The notes: generated by a model not told the origin, from the letters alone. Shown: positions 1-19,378, numbered from the stretch's first letter. The stretch is 64,000 bases of DNA from Hormiphora californensis (GCA_020137815.1 CM035356.1:5456001-5520000); one strand, 5' to 3'. A program made the numbers and translations.

Positions 1-2669
1 TCATTGTGGACCGCCCCGCTCGGAAGGAAGTTCTTTCCCGCGGAGAACCAGGTCCAGTTCAGGTTGGGAGAATCGGCCGTTGCACCGTACAAAACACACA
101 CACCCTGCAATGAGGGTGGGGGTGAGTGGAAGATACAATTAACCTGTAACTAAGAAATGGTTGTGCTGGATAATAACAGGATAATTATTGGATAATTACA
201 GGATGATTATAATAGTGTACCTTGTACAAATTAAAAACAACGGAAGTTTTTAAGGTCTATACACATGTTTCATGATGCCCCACGAGTGTACCTTGTATGG
301 ATTGAAGAATGCCATTAGCATGTTATTACCCATAAGGATAGCCCACACGACCACAACCAGTACGAACCAGAGACAGGATGGTAGCCAGGATCCCAACATG
401 GGTAACTTCCTCCGGGCGTTCATAATCAATGCCAACCTGAAGTTACAAACTGAGGTTACCACGTACAGTTACCTTGGTTACCTAAGGAAGCAGCTGGTTA
501 CCATGGTTACCTAAGGAAGCAGCTGGTTACCTTGGTTACCTAAGGAAGTAGCTGGTTACCATGGTTACCTAAGGAAGCAGCTGGTTACCTCGATAAGCTG
601 AGGATGGCGACCAGGACGATGGAGGTCATTAGGAGTGATTTGGCAATCACTGTCCATATGTTACACACGATATCATTGAATAACACTAGGTAGGGGCTGA
701 TTCGAGATGGCGTGAAGAGTACTTGAACCACGGGCAGGTGTAGAACACACAGAAGGGAGTCAATTGCGCTGATCAGGAAATATAGCCTGGAATGGGAAGG
801 AGGGGTTAAAATATTTGGTTATTGTCCTTTATTGTAGCCTTCCTATATGTATATCAATAAGTACAAATCGAACCCACTTTATAAAGTCTATACTAAATAG
901 TACTAAAACTTTATAAGAACTCTTTAGACTTTCTAATTGTCTCAGAATCCTGAACGAGACTGATAATATATAAGTGCTTTTTTATTCTTAGCGTACTTGC
1001 TTTAGAGAAAGATTTAGGGGGGTTAAAATTGAATCGAGTGCAGTGCCCGAGAGAAGATGAAATGATCTGCGTACTGCATAATATTCTACAGAGAGAGCCC
1101 CCCCCCCCCCCCCCCCACCCCCCTTAGAGAGCCAACGGAGATTCGGCTAATGATCCGGCCCAAAAAGGGGCGAATTCAACAATTTACCCCAAAAAGGGGG
1201 TGAATATCATATAAGCTAACTACCTGTACAAGTGTTGTATCACTCATAATTTCCCTGTCACCTGCACAGCTCAAACTCACCGGCATCCCAGAATATTATT
1301 GGTTATACGATCGAAGTTACCCCTATATTCATATTTCATCCCCAAGAATAATTAAAAATTAACTGAGCTAGAGTGAACGGGTATGTGGCAGATACCTCTA
1401 TAGTAAGAGCTAGGGAGTGAAAAGTTGACATATCTGAGTACCCCCACGTACCCCTGTCCTAGCAAACAATATTTCAAGAGAATTGGAAAGGGTGAGAGAA
1501 TCAGGAGAGAGGAAAGAGGCGACAATCGACATCGTACACTGTGGCCGTATAACACTGTGTGGTTGATTGAGACTGGAATATATATTTCAAATTGGGTGAA
1601 AACTATAGCATCTTGCGACTTCAAATTTTGAGTAACAAGGTTGCCATGGCAACTGGAGTGGTAACTATGGGGACTGAATTGTTGAAATTCATTCGAAAGT
1701 ATTAACACACTTCCACTGGAAGTTCATAAAGTGTGAGCAACAGCTTTACAGCTTTGGGCACATAAAGTGTTTTATGAAGGAGCACCGTCGCGTAGAAACG
1801 CACTGAACGAACGGCCACTTCGACGTTCATCTCCAAATTATAATAGAGACTAGCGCACCCATTGGGTGCGCCTCAATATAAGGGCTTTTTGTTAACCCAC
1901 CCGGCTTCGCCGGGTGGTTCTTTTCGCCCCTTTAAACGTTAATAACACGGTTGCCATGGCAACTGAATTGGTAACTATGGTGACTGGCCTGTTAAAAGTC
2001 ATTCGAAATATTGAGAAACTTCCATTGGAAGTTCCAAAAGTGTAAGCAACAGCTTTACAGCTTTGGGCACATATAGTGTTTTATGAAGGAGCACTGTCGC
2101 TTAGATACCGCTGAACGAACGACTTCGACCACGACGTTCATCTCCAAATTATAATAGAGACTAGCACACCCATTGGGTGCGCCTCAAGTAAGGGCTTTTC
2201 GGGTGGTTCTTTTTGCCCCTTTCAACGTCTATAAAACGGTTGCCATGGCAACTGAATTGGTAACTATGGGGACTGACATGTTAAAAGTCATTCGAAAATA
2301 TTAAAAAACTTCCACTGGAAGTTCCAAAGTGTGAATGACAGCTTATACAGCTTTGGTCATATGAAGTATTTTATGAAGGAGCACTGTCGCTTAGATACGC
2401 ACTGAACGAACGACTTCGACCACGACGTTCATCTCCAAATTATAATAGAGATACTACTGATAATACTAATAATACTAATAATACTACACACTACTAGTAT
2501 ACCTGGAGAAGAAGGCGCTCTGTCGGTTCCTCCTGGCATGCACCCTAAAGTGAGCTACTGCCATGAAGTTGAGAGAGAGTCCCAGCAGGGATGCCAGCAG
2601 GATCACAATCGCGATACAACAATCCCATAGTTGGATGCTCTCTATATCTTTAGTGCTGTGTATCGCCAT
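1..2669 (-). CDS. Rhodopsin-like (class A) GPCR, 5' part; continues beyond window start
   Basis: Exons 2669-2503, 786-589, 436-292, 104-1 join in frame at GT-AG sites (phases 2,2,0). TM1 ASLLGLSLN, TM2 LYFLISAIDSLLCVLHLP, TM3 CNIW...VAILSLSRL (DRY position = SRL), hydrophobic TM4, ECL2 Cys in YKGVCVLY. Confidence 0.85.
468..590. repeat. 29-bp minisatellite (~4 units) filling GPCR intron 2
   Basis: GGTTACCTAAGGAA recurs at 476, 505, 534, 563. Confidence 0.9.
1639..2451 (-). mobile_element. Head-to-tail array of ~300-bp non-autonomous Helitron-like units (2 complete, 1 partial)
   Basis: Minus strand starts A|TCTCTATTATAA at 2451; units end in hairpin GCGCACCCAATGGGTGYGC plus CTAG joined directly to the next TC (junctions 2161/2160 and 1850/1849). 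Confidence 0.65.
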
Positions 2670-2671
2670 AC

Positions 2672-2818
2672 TATAATAACATGGCGCTGGGTTAGTATTT
2701 TATAATAACATGGAGCTGGGTTAGTATTTTATAATAACATGGAGCTGGGTTAGTATTTTATAATAACATGGAGCTGGGTTAGTATTTTATAATAACATGG
2801 CGCTGGGTTAGTATTTTA
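2672..2818. repeat. 30-bp tandem repeat x5 containing a TACTAAC branch-point motif on the minus strand
   Basis: TATAATAACATGG(A/C)GCTGGGTTAGTATTTT x5 directly upstream of AG|T ATG of the GPCR. Confidence 0.9.
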
Positions 2819-3370
2819 GGTGGAGTAGAAGAACGAAATAGAAAAGCATTTAACTCCGGAGAGCACTACATGTCACAAAATAGGCCCTGGTGGCCGGCCC
2901 CCCTCGCTGTATTGTGACAGAACCCTAACCCCCCCCCCCCCCCCCCCCGCGCTGTCAGGCCAAATATTCTCTAACAGACCCAGTTGGTAGGCAACTCCAT
3001 TTAAACTAAATCAGGATAAAAATAATATTAACAATAAGGCAGAACATTGAACGGGGGGTGGTTATAATACAGAACCGTGATCTATTAATAATTCCTGATC
3101 TGCAGCTGTGGTATAAACACTGAGTTACTCAACAACTGCCACCTGTGATACCGTGTCACTAGCCCAGTGCAGGAAAATTGTGGGTTATAGAATTAGAATT
3201 AGAAATAGAATTAGAACTATTATAATATGAGCTGCTACTCATGTCGTCTGGCTATCAATTGCTGGATCTGTAGCAGTGCTTAAAAAACCAATTGTTATCA
3301 GTTAAATGGTAGTATGTAGTTCAAAGATAATATTATTAACATTTCAACACTACTTTAAACAAATTAATTT

Positions 3371-3411
3371 GAGCCTGATGATGATGCTGTGCATCGAAAT
3401 TAATAGCGTTC
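3371..3411 (+). ncRNA. Candidate minimal type I hammerhead ribozyme (possible Penelope pLTR remnant)
   Basis: GAGC-CTGATGA-T-GATGC-TGT-GCATC-GAAA-TTAA-TA-GCGTTC: core boxes, helix II and palindromic short helix III; helix I is weak. Confidence 0.45.
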
Positions 3412-3796
3412 TTCTATAACAATAAAAACCCCTTCTACTCATTTTTCCAGTCGGAAGGAGAAAACTAAACATCCTCACTAGTATTATTATCTGTTCAGAG
3501 ATTATATTACAAGATTATAATACAAAACAACGGTGGTTTATCGGTCATCAGTTTCATGATGCTCCCTAGGAGCTACACCAATCAGCAGTAGTAGGTAGTT
3601 CAGCGATAATATAGCACCAATCATCAGTAGTTTAGAGATACTATAGTAACTATATTATCTCTGTTGTATGTGATGATTGTTGAGCTTGACATGAAACTTT
3701 GTGACAAGAAACCAAATCGTTGAGATTCGTACTCGTACTCTATTAAATCTGTTCAATTAAATAGCTGTTCAGGGTAGTTTAGTAGTTTATTGTAGT

Positions 3797-4097
3797 TACT
3801 CTCGTTTTTTTAAGAAACGCTTTAGGAAGAATTTTTTTTATAAGAAACGGCAAATGTGGAAACACCTTTATTAAGAAACCCCAAAATAAGAACCCCCCCC
3901 CCCCCAAGAAAATAAGAAACCTCAAAAATAAGAAAAAACGAGAGCGAAGGGATTGGGATTAGGTTTCTTAATTTTTGGGTTTCTCAATAAACGAGGTTAA
4001 GGTTCTTATTTTTGAGGTGTCTTAATTTTGGAGTTTCTTATAAAAAGTTTCCTATAAAAAGTTTCTTGAAATAAACGAGCTTAATTAATGAGAGTAA
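3797..4097. mobile_element. Degenerate MITE/foldback with internal AAGAAAC repeats
   Basis: Left CTCGTTTTTTTAAGAAAC vs right GTTTCTTGAAATAAACGAG; AAGAAAC motifs on the left half, GTTTCTT on the right. Confidence 0.5.
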
Positions 4098-4988
4098 GGT
4101 AGTTTATATATAGCTAGGCCCTAGCTCGACCTTGGTATCGAAGACACCGGGCGACCTTCGCGCACGCTGGCAAGGGGTAACCAAAGCTCGACCCCCTTTT
4201 CGCGAGTTCCGCAGAACAAAAATTCTGGTAGTTTAGAAATCAAAACATCGTTCAACATATATAACGATGCTGTCAGAGCATTGGCCTGACCCTATTCTCG
4301 AGAACTTCAGTGGTCAGAACTTGGTTAAGAAGTCACCCGTAATATTTCTTTCGCAGAGGGGTAATTTGAAATTTCGTAACCAAGGGGAGAGCACTAGCCA
4401 GTAATATTTCATGATACTGATCGATCAGTATGCTAGAGTTAATATAGAGTTAATAGAGAAATATCAAGGAGGGTTCTCGAGAACTCCCTTGATATTGCAT
4501 ATGCAGTGAGCCGTTTTACAAAGATGGAACGTCGAAAAGTTCATTAAAATAATCGTTGAGCAAGCTGTTCAAAACATCATGCCCCTTACCTAGATAACAA
4601 CTCAGTTCAATATGTAAATTTTAAAGAGGGAAACGTTAAATAATCGGATCTAATGAAGAAATTTCTGAAAATCGAAAAAGATGTTGAGCAAGCTGTTCAA
4701 AACATCATGCCCCACCTAGTAAACTACAATTACTCAGTTTAATAAACAACTAAAATTCAGGGGTAAATCAAGGTACAACATAAAATCAAAGTTTTTAAAA
4801 CTTTGTACACGGCGTCGTATTTGCGTGTGACGCATCCTCTTTAGCCTTCGCCCACCTGACAGCAAAACATCAGAAAAAGTATAAAGTCGGATTTTGTTGT
4901 TGTCAAGTTGACAAGTATAGCTCCTCACGCAACGCAATTCCAATTTATATGGCACACCATATGGAACATTTGTCATTTAAATTGATTT

Positions 4989-4989
<1 letters not shown>

Positions 4990-5060
<71 letters not shown>
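4990..5060. repeat. (GA)n microsatellite
   Basis: Pure GA run. Similar tracts at ~12247-12310, 12865-12940, 13140-13376, 14164-14262, 21918-21973, 27107-27238, 30354-30402, 32011-32130, 36413-36520. Confidence 0.95.
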
Positions 5061-5063
<3 letters not shown>

Positions 5064-5511
5064 CCCCCCCAAAAAGAGCTAAAGAGAAAGAGAAAGATAT
5101 AGAGAGAAACGACGATTTGGTACAGCTGCATGAATACTGCTAAATTAACTCTTAGAGATATAAGTACCTAAGTGATATGATATCCCTAGTGATTGAAAGA
5201 AACTGCAGCAATATTTGTTAGGCCGAGAATGTATACCTAGAATATGTTGAAAAGAGTATCGCAAACTTGACAAAAGAAGTCGACTACAAAAACAATTCTG
5301 AGATTTGTTATTGTTGCAGTTCAGGATATTGACTTTGACAGAAAAGAAAACGCGTACAATTGAACCATTAATATGATCACGCGTTATTCGGATAAAGGGA
5401 AGGCTTTACGGATCATCAATGTCTTGGCTTGCGTCATCAATCTGATTGATTGATTCAATCAATGGCAACCAACGTTTGCAAACCCTTCAAATATCTATTT
5501 ATTTAACCATT

Positions 5512-5645
5512 TACCCTAGTCAGAATTAAATACGTATTTTTTGCGCAAATACGTATTTAAATAGCGCGTAAATACGCTATAAATACGTATTTAATACGTA
5601 TTTTTTGCTAATAAATAAGAACGCGCTTGTTAAGCCGCGCATTTT
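5512..5645 (+). mobile_element. DNA-transposon-like terminus with subterminal AATACGTATT repeats
   Basis: TACCCTAGTCAGAA followed by several AATACGTATT palindromes; related copies at ~15922-15990 and ~16655-16780. Confidence 0.5.
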
Positions 5646-5949
5646 GGCCGATTTGTCGTCCAAAGCTGAGCCTGAAAGTCGCGTTGGATGCACCGCAACG
5701 GTTACCACAATGCTAGGAAGCAGATTTATCGCATTGTGACTCCAATTTCCATTTGTATTTGATCAATCTCCAGCCGACTGGCACATCTTGTTTTTGTAAC
5801 ATCTCTTTTGTAACATCGTCCTTGACCGATTTAAAACAACTCACCTTCCCTTTCCAGCCGTATCGCCAATTGCTACCCCCTTTCCCGTGCTGTAAACCTT
5901 CTTAAATCACTTCCCTAGCCTATGATGCTATTGTGTTACCATGCCATTG

Positions 5950-11400
<5,451 letters not shown>

Positions 11401-12249
11401 TGAACAAAACAAGCTTGTACAAGCAAACAACATGTACAATATAAATACTCTTCTGAACAATTACAGATCAGAAAATATGCTGATTACACACTGTAATAAG
11501 GATGTTCCACATGACTAATTTCAGTACATGCAATATATATGTAGCTACTATCATTTTTGTTCTACATTTTAAGATTATATTAAAGATTGTGGTTTAGTTA
11601 CAGTAATTAAACCACACCTCTCGAAATGTAGAAAAAAAAAAGATGTTCGACATGATCAGAAACTGAGACATAATCATATTGCTCAGCTGCTGGATGCATG
11701 AGATGATATTAACAAAAAAGGTTGTGATTCGTGCGTAAAAAAATATGCTCATATGTATATGCTCATACATATATAGCTAAATGGTATGTCGCAACTAATC
11801 AACTTAATATTTAGAAGATAGGGCCCTATCACACTAGATGGAGTTCCAGCAGCGCAACTTCCAGCAATGCAGAATTCACACTACTGCTGGCTGGAAACTC
11901 GCGCGAAACGACATTCTAGGACACAATTGCACACAATCGTCAACAAAAAAACCGTGTGGCTGTCGCGTGTTCCGTATTTTGGTCGTTTCCAGTCAGCAGT
12001 AGTATAAAATCAGCCTTGTTAGACATAAATTTTAAAATGCCGTTGCATTTGAAGCTATATGTAAGTGTTACATAACATCAGATGCAACGGCATGTACCGG
12101 AATGGTTTTAAGCGAAATTTTTTTACACACTGTTTCCTTGTGCAGACTTGCAACAAAACGGATTCATTAGCACTGTGATTCCATTTAAAATCGTTTTAGC
12201 ACGGTCTACTTAAAATGGATTGGACCGAAACTCTCAGTTTACCTCTCTT

Positions 12250-12299
<50 letters not shown>

Positions 12300-12357
12300 T
12301 CTCTCTCTCTTACCCTCTTTTTCTCGCTTTCAGATCAAAGTCAACGAAAAATAAACA

Positions 12358-12527
12358 CAGTCGGACCCCGATTTAGGGACACCCTCGGGGGAAAGGCTCT
12401 TGTCCACTAAATCGGGGTGTCCACTAAATCGGGGTCAAATAAGGTTAATTTCCTATATCGGGGGAAAAATCCTGTCCCTAAATCGGGGTGCCACTAAATC
12501 GGGGGCCCCTAAATCGGGGTCCGACTG
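12358..12527. mobile_element. Tc1/mariner(pogo)-type MITE, TIR CAGTCGGACCCCGATTTA
   Basis: TIRs CAGTCGGACCCCGATTTAGGG / CCCTAAATCGGGGTCCGACTG followed by TA; internal TAAATCGGGG repeats. Confidence 0.85.
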
Positions 12528-12861
12528 TAGGTAAATTGATCAATAAACTGGCATTGAAATTAGATACACCTCTACACAGAGGTTTCAAAAACATGGCACT
12601 GTACAATCATTATATTATTAACGAACAAGGACCACCTGGTGTTAAACTGCACAGTCTGGAAAGAAGACAAGGAGCTCACCAATTAGAAGCTGCTGCGAGC
12701 GTAAAACTGAACACACCATACAGGGTAGACTGTAAACGATGAAGAGATTGAAGTTTTGGCAGCAGAGGCGATAAAGAGAGATGCCAGATGTGGATACTAA
12801 AGAGCCATGTGATGGGATACTGGAATAAAAGATGAGAGAGGGAGGGGTAAGGGGAGAGTGG

Positions 12862-12935
<74 letters not shown>

Positions 12936-13303
12936 GAGAGATCGGCTATAGAGAATCGCGAAGATAGATCGAGAGAGCCGAGAGAGAGAGAGAGAGCGAC
13001 ATAAGATTCTTGAAAAGATGTGATGATAGGAGGATAAAATGACTCTCTCACATGCGATATGCCTCTATTCTCGACTCATCTTGTATTGATCATTAGCTAT
13101 AGCTAGCTACCCACTGGCCCATCCAGGCTCCAGCTCTCTCTCAGCTCTCTCCCTATCCCTCCCTCTAGGCTCCCTATCTCTCTCATTCTTCTCTCCTCTT
13201 CATCTCTCTCCCTCTTCCCTCCTCGTCTCTCTCTCTCTCATCTCTCTCACCTCTCTCTCTCATCATCTCCTCCTCTCTCTCTCTCTTCTCTCTCCTCTCT
13301 CTC

Positions 13304-13343
<40 letters not shown>

Positions 13344-13933
13344 ATCTATTTATCTATCTCTCTCTATCCATCTCTCAATAAATTAGAGGTTACCTTTCAA
13401 GAAAATTTATCCCGATCTTATAACAGGGCCCATCTAAGATGAACATATTAATCTGATATGATAATAACCACTATAAAAAGTGGCCTTGTTTATGTTCTAA
13501 CGCTCCTTTATTTATTTATATATTTGTAAGGGTCACGGGGCGCGGAGAGAGAGGGTATAGGCCAAGGCTATAAAATGCAAATGTGATCACACTCCTTCGC
13601 TATTTTACGCTCTAGATAAGGACAATACATTTTCGAAGGTCATTTTAAATACATTTTCCACCTGACCGCCCATGTTCTCTGACTCTACTATATTTATGTT
13701 TTCTAATAAAAACCTAATATATAAAGACATCAAACCTAATGTATAAACTATAAAGACATCCAAAATATTTTTGTTCTCTCTACTGCACAGTGCACACCTT
13801 CTGCTATTCAATCCTCGTCATTTTATAAGGGAACAAGTAAAATACAGTTATAATTTAAAAATCCCCATTGATAATGATATGTGATTGTAATGACTGGCCT
13901 AGCAGACTCAGAGACTTGCATTGTTATTATCTC

Positions 13934-14536
<603 letters not shown>

Positions 14537-15613
14537 TAAATTATGCAAAAGTATTGTTCGACTACATTTTTTGAGCCTCAATGTTATGAAAATTATCAAA
14601 TGTTTAACATAACTTGTTAAACAAATTAGTTTTAGCCACTGGTGATGTTGTAATACTAATACAAAACATAGACAACTATTGAAATATATAACCAGTCCGT
14701 CAGGCCGAAGTCTACACCACGCGAATGACTGGTTGTTTTTACTCAACAACGAATAACAGCCTGCATACCAACAATTTAAGCCTGGGAGTCTCTACTTACT
14801 TGTCAAATTATTCATTGTTCTATATGTAGAATTGTTTAGGGATATAACCTCAAAGCGGGGAAATTTATGACAGGAAAATATAATTTAGACAAATTGACAT
14901 TACAAAGTTGAGCGTGCTTGACAACCTAAGGGACCAACTTACAAAAAAGGGACCAACTTACAAAAATGAACCCGGGTATATTAACCACAAGTACTCGAGT
15001 ACTTTGTATCAAAAGACGTGTGAGCGATAACTTACCCAAACTTACCCACTAAATCGGGGTGCCACTAAATCGGGGTGCCACTAAATCGTGGTTCGACTGT
15101 AGTCCCAACTTTCATGGCATTTAATGGAGTCAGGAAATAGCTGTGCACCACAAACGTACTCTCAGTAACTTTGAGAGAGATATTATCCCGGACAACCCTG
15201 CAATAGCTTGGATATCCCGGATAATAATATGTAGTTTCAGTTTGAAGCTGTTATGTGGGTGACTGGCTAGAATGAAACAATTTGAAATTTACACCATTCA
15301 AGCTAACCTCATCTCTCAGCTCCACCGACAGGTGCAGCCCCAGGTGCCTGGATTATAGGATAATTATCCATTTTAATATTTCCCTAAAATGTCAAGAGAT
15401 ATTTGAATCATGTCAGAGAATGATTCAAGAATAAATTTCCTGACACATCCAAAGCATCTGGCGGTTTTTGAAACTACAGGGAAAAAAACGGTTGAACTAG
15501 AAGGAGCAAACTTTTTTGTAAGACCCCCCACCGCTAATTTGACTTTCCGAGTGGTTTTAGCGTAAAATCAGCATGTTTTATTTGTCAAAGTGACAAATAT
15601 CAAAATTTGCAAT

Positions 15614-15850
15614 AGATATTTATCCGTTTTAATATTTCCCTAAATGTCAGGAGATAATTATCCATTTTAATATTTCCCTAAATGTCAGGAGATAATTATC
15701 CATTTTAATATTTCCCTAAATGTCAGGAGATATTTATCCATTTTAATATTTCCCTAAATGTCAGGAGATATTTATCCATTTTAATATTTCCCTAAATGTC
15801 AGGAGATATTTATCCATTTTAATATTTCCCTAAATGTCAGGAGATATTTA
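15614..15850. repeat. 38-bp tandem repeat, ~6 units
   Basis: GATATTTATCCATTTTAATATTTCCCTAAATGTCAGGA repeated; one extra copy at ~15358-15404. Confidence 0.9.
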
Positions 15851-16887
15851 TTCATTTGAATCATTTTCCTTCATAATGTAGTACAGTCCTTCATAATAAA
15901 AAAACACGCTTCCAGGGGCATTACCCTAGTCAGAACATAACGTGTATATGCGTGTGAATACGTATTTAATACGTATTGAATACGTATTCTAAGCCTCCGG
16001 AAACACCAGGAACCTTGAATGAGGGTATAGAATCGTCCAAGAATGAAGTTTCATAAGCTTTTTTTACTGGGTGAAGCCCAACGAATAACGGAACAATATT
16101 TCAAGGTTTTAGGCCTATAGGAGAATAGTAACATGTACCCTCCTAACGTTGATAATTTGCTAACGATTAAAGGTTGACATAACGCGAACATGTCCCAATT
16201 ACTAATCTGAACAATTACAAGGCGTACACGAGTGTACCCAAAGGCCGCGAAATGTCAAAGGGATTACCCTACATGCCGTCTGGTCTGTTCCAGATGGGAC
16301 TATCCCGCGATACTAAACCATGCTTTTTATCGGGAAAACATTTAGAACAGATATATAACAAAGTCTTGGTGATGACATCCCCTATTATGTTATACACTCA
16401 GCCTCGCAGGCTTCGTTTAGCTGCGCTGTGCGTGGCTAGTGTAGGGGTGGCCGCGTCACCAAAACAAAGTCTTGAGTCGCTTGACACTGTTTCCGTATGA
16501 CCCATTCAAACAAAGTCAATGGATCGTTAAATAGCACTGTCCACGGGCTCTACCATACACGCCACAATGACAGATGGCACCCACGTGCTGTCATCTATCT
16601 AAGAATAACACGACGCAAACTAGTCCATTTGGCATGTGCACAATGTCAGCATTATACCCTAGTCAGAATATAATACGTATTATTTTCAACAATAGGTATT
16701 AAATACGCGCGCAAATACGCATTTAATACGTATTAAATACGTATTATATGCCGAAAATACAGAAAAGCCGCGCATTTAGCAAGTGCTACCATCGCGAGCC
16801 GCACAACTTCCGACCCAATTTTAGGTCAAAAGCGTGTTACAGATACGACATACAGCCTCACCCTGCCACATGTCCCAATACAGCATG

Positions 16888-16943
16888 CAACATACCAGAT
16901 AGGAGTATCGAACTATAGTTCGATACTCCTATCTGGTATGTTG
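16888..16943. repeat. Perfect 56-bp palindrome with no spacer
   Basis: CAACATACCAGATAGGAGTATCGAACTA|TAGTTCGATACTCCTATCTGGTATGTTG. Confidence 0.95.
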
Positions 16944-16967
16944 TAGACATACCACGAGTTTCCTGAC

Positions 16968-17076
16968 CAGGAACCGACCGACACAAGTAAACAACCAACC
17001 AGAACTCGTTATTTAGGTCACGTGACTAGTTATCAGCCAATCAGGGACCAGTTTTTCCTGATTCGGTCGGTTCCTA
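16968..17076 (-). mobile_element. 109-bp hAT-type MITE (reverse copy)
   Basis: TIR YAGGAACCGACCGA; same family as 19379 and 31148. Confidence 0.85.
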
Positions 17077-18214
17077 CTCATGACACTGTGTCCGTGCTCC
17101 GGAGCAATTCAACAGATACCATGGTTTCTGTCATGTGGCGGTCCCATTCTGGTGCTAATCTGTATGGCAGCGACATACCCCATTTGATTCTGAGATGGGG
17201 TCGCGGCGCCAGACAGGCGCTAATCGAGTATCGACCACTAAAGAGTATGGCGTTCAACTACTGCCTTGTATTCTTCCCTTCCAGAAGTTGGTAGGGCATT
17301 GTCACGTCGGTAAAAAAACTGTCAAAGCTATCAAAAAATCCGATGGAAAGTTTTATAAATAATAATAATATCTGATCTCACTCTCTCTTACTATCAACTA
17401 CGAGAAATTCGTCTCAACCAATAAAACTTGACAAGAGCTTTAGAAATAAGATAGATCAAAGTACACTCTCTTTTGTTATTTCAGTCCATTACGGCATTAC
17501 TGCTCTCTCTTTAGATAAATATCTAGTATAGATATCTAGTATAGATATCTAGTATAGATATTGCTTTTTAGCAAAAAAAACTCGGATTAGGATCTTGAAA
17601 CTTCAAATAGCACTAAATACTACCAGAAATTAGTTTACAAACGAAAGTTTAGCGACCGGTCACCTATAATAAACGAATCGGTCGATAAGCGATCGATGAA
17701 CGAAATACTTACGGCTAGGTCTCTGCGTGTAAAGAATTTGTATTTATATCTTAGTGACCGTGATCACACAGCAGGGTTGGACTAGACTGTAACATTAACT
17801 CTCACACTCTCTATCTCACTCTCTCTCTCTCTCTCTCTTTCTTTTTTTTTTTTTTTTTTTTTGGATACTAAGCTGAGGTTTGCCAAAACGGAAATCAGGT
17901 GAATTGCACCTGACAACCGAGACACATGCTCCCGGCATGGTCAACATCACCCGGACCGCCACACCTTACAGACACTTCGGTAGTATTCAATCAGGAATCC
18001 GAATATGTGCCAAAGTGTAAGGGGGAGCCCACTGCTTGTCATGGGTAATGTCATTTGGGCCCAGATGGAGTGCCGTTGGGGCCCACTGGAGTGCCGTCTT
18101 GCCAATGCGTCTGTCGTCTTCGATTGAGTAGAGGGGATGGTGTCAGACACCGGGTTGGGGCTAGGAAGAAGGGAAGGGGTAGGTAGGGGCTAGGTTGGGG
18201 ATTGAAGGATAAAA

Positions 18215-18253
<39 letters not shown>

Positions 18254-18523
18254 TCTCTGATCACACTTTACTATTTACCTAATGATTTAAAAGTTGATTA
18301 AGCTAGACGTTAAATTATAGCACCATCGTGGTTGGACGAAAAAGCGAGATAACTAGGTTGATCAGAGTTGGATCTCTTGGAGATGAACCTCTAGCTAAAT
18401 GAGAAGTTAGGGAAGTAGTTAGGGAAGGCATGAAAGAATATCAATCCCTCTCGAATAATCTAGATATCAGAATCGAGAAGAGATCTGTTAACACCCAAGG
18501 TGGGAATCATTCCATTGTACTGC

Positions 18524-18628
18524 CAGGAACCGAATCAGGAAATACTGGTCCCTGATTGGCTGATAACCAGTCACGTGACCTAAATAAAGAGTTCTGATTG
18601 GCTGTTTACTTGTTTCGGTCGGTTCCTG
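18524..18628 (+). mobile_element. hAT-type MITE copy with a 4-bp TIR deletion
   Basis: CAGGAACCGAATCAGG...TCGGTCGGTTCCTG. Confidence 0.85.
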
Positions 18629-19378
18629 ATTGCTACTCTCTTTCATAACTACCCTCTTTCATAACTACCCTCTTTCATTACTAACCTTTTATATAGGTGC
18701 TACATGACTGGATAGACATGATAATTATTACTGCACTTGTATATCAATATATTCATATAGTCTCCACTAGATGATCAGGCTTTAAAAACAAAACACACGA
18801 ATATATACAGTGCACCTAACAAAATCGCGCAAAACCCCTCAAAACGGAGGATTCCTATCGGACAAATGCGCGTTTTGACCACATAGTACTACTTAATTTG
18901 AATCTTGAATCTTGAATCTAGTACAGTGTAGGATGCTATAGAACAATACATGGATCAAATCAAGAAATCTGTTTAGAGTGCCCCCCCCCCCCCCCCCCCA
19001 CGAGTAGCCCCCATCTGGTGCAGTAGCTCCATCACCCTCAAGAATAGTATTGTCCTTGTCTCGAACAGTGCTCTACTCACGGTTGTGAGGAGCTATCACC
19101 CTCAAGTGTTGTTTTGTTCAAACTCTTTTTAGAGCGGGGCCGGGAAGGAGGGTCGAACAAGGCAAGAATAGTATGATGTGTTGTAGTCGAGTAGTGGAGT
19201 TTTAAGGCGAAGTTATATAGTGGTACACAAAGATACTTTTAAGGGAACTTCCCCCAGCTAGTATATTACCTGCAACAATTGTAATATAAACGGTAGGGCT
19301 AGGGAACTTCCCTATATATTTAAACAAAAAAAGAGATATGAAGAAACAAAGAGTTTAGTAGGAAGAATAGAGCCTGGA

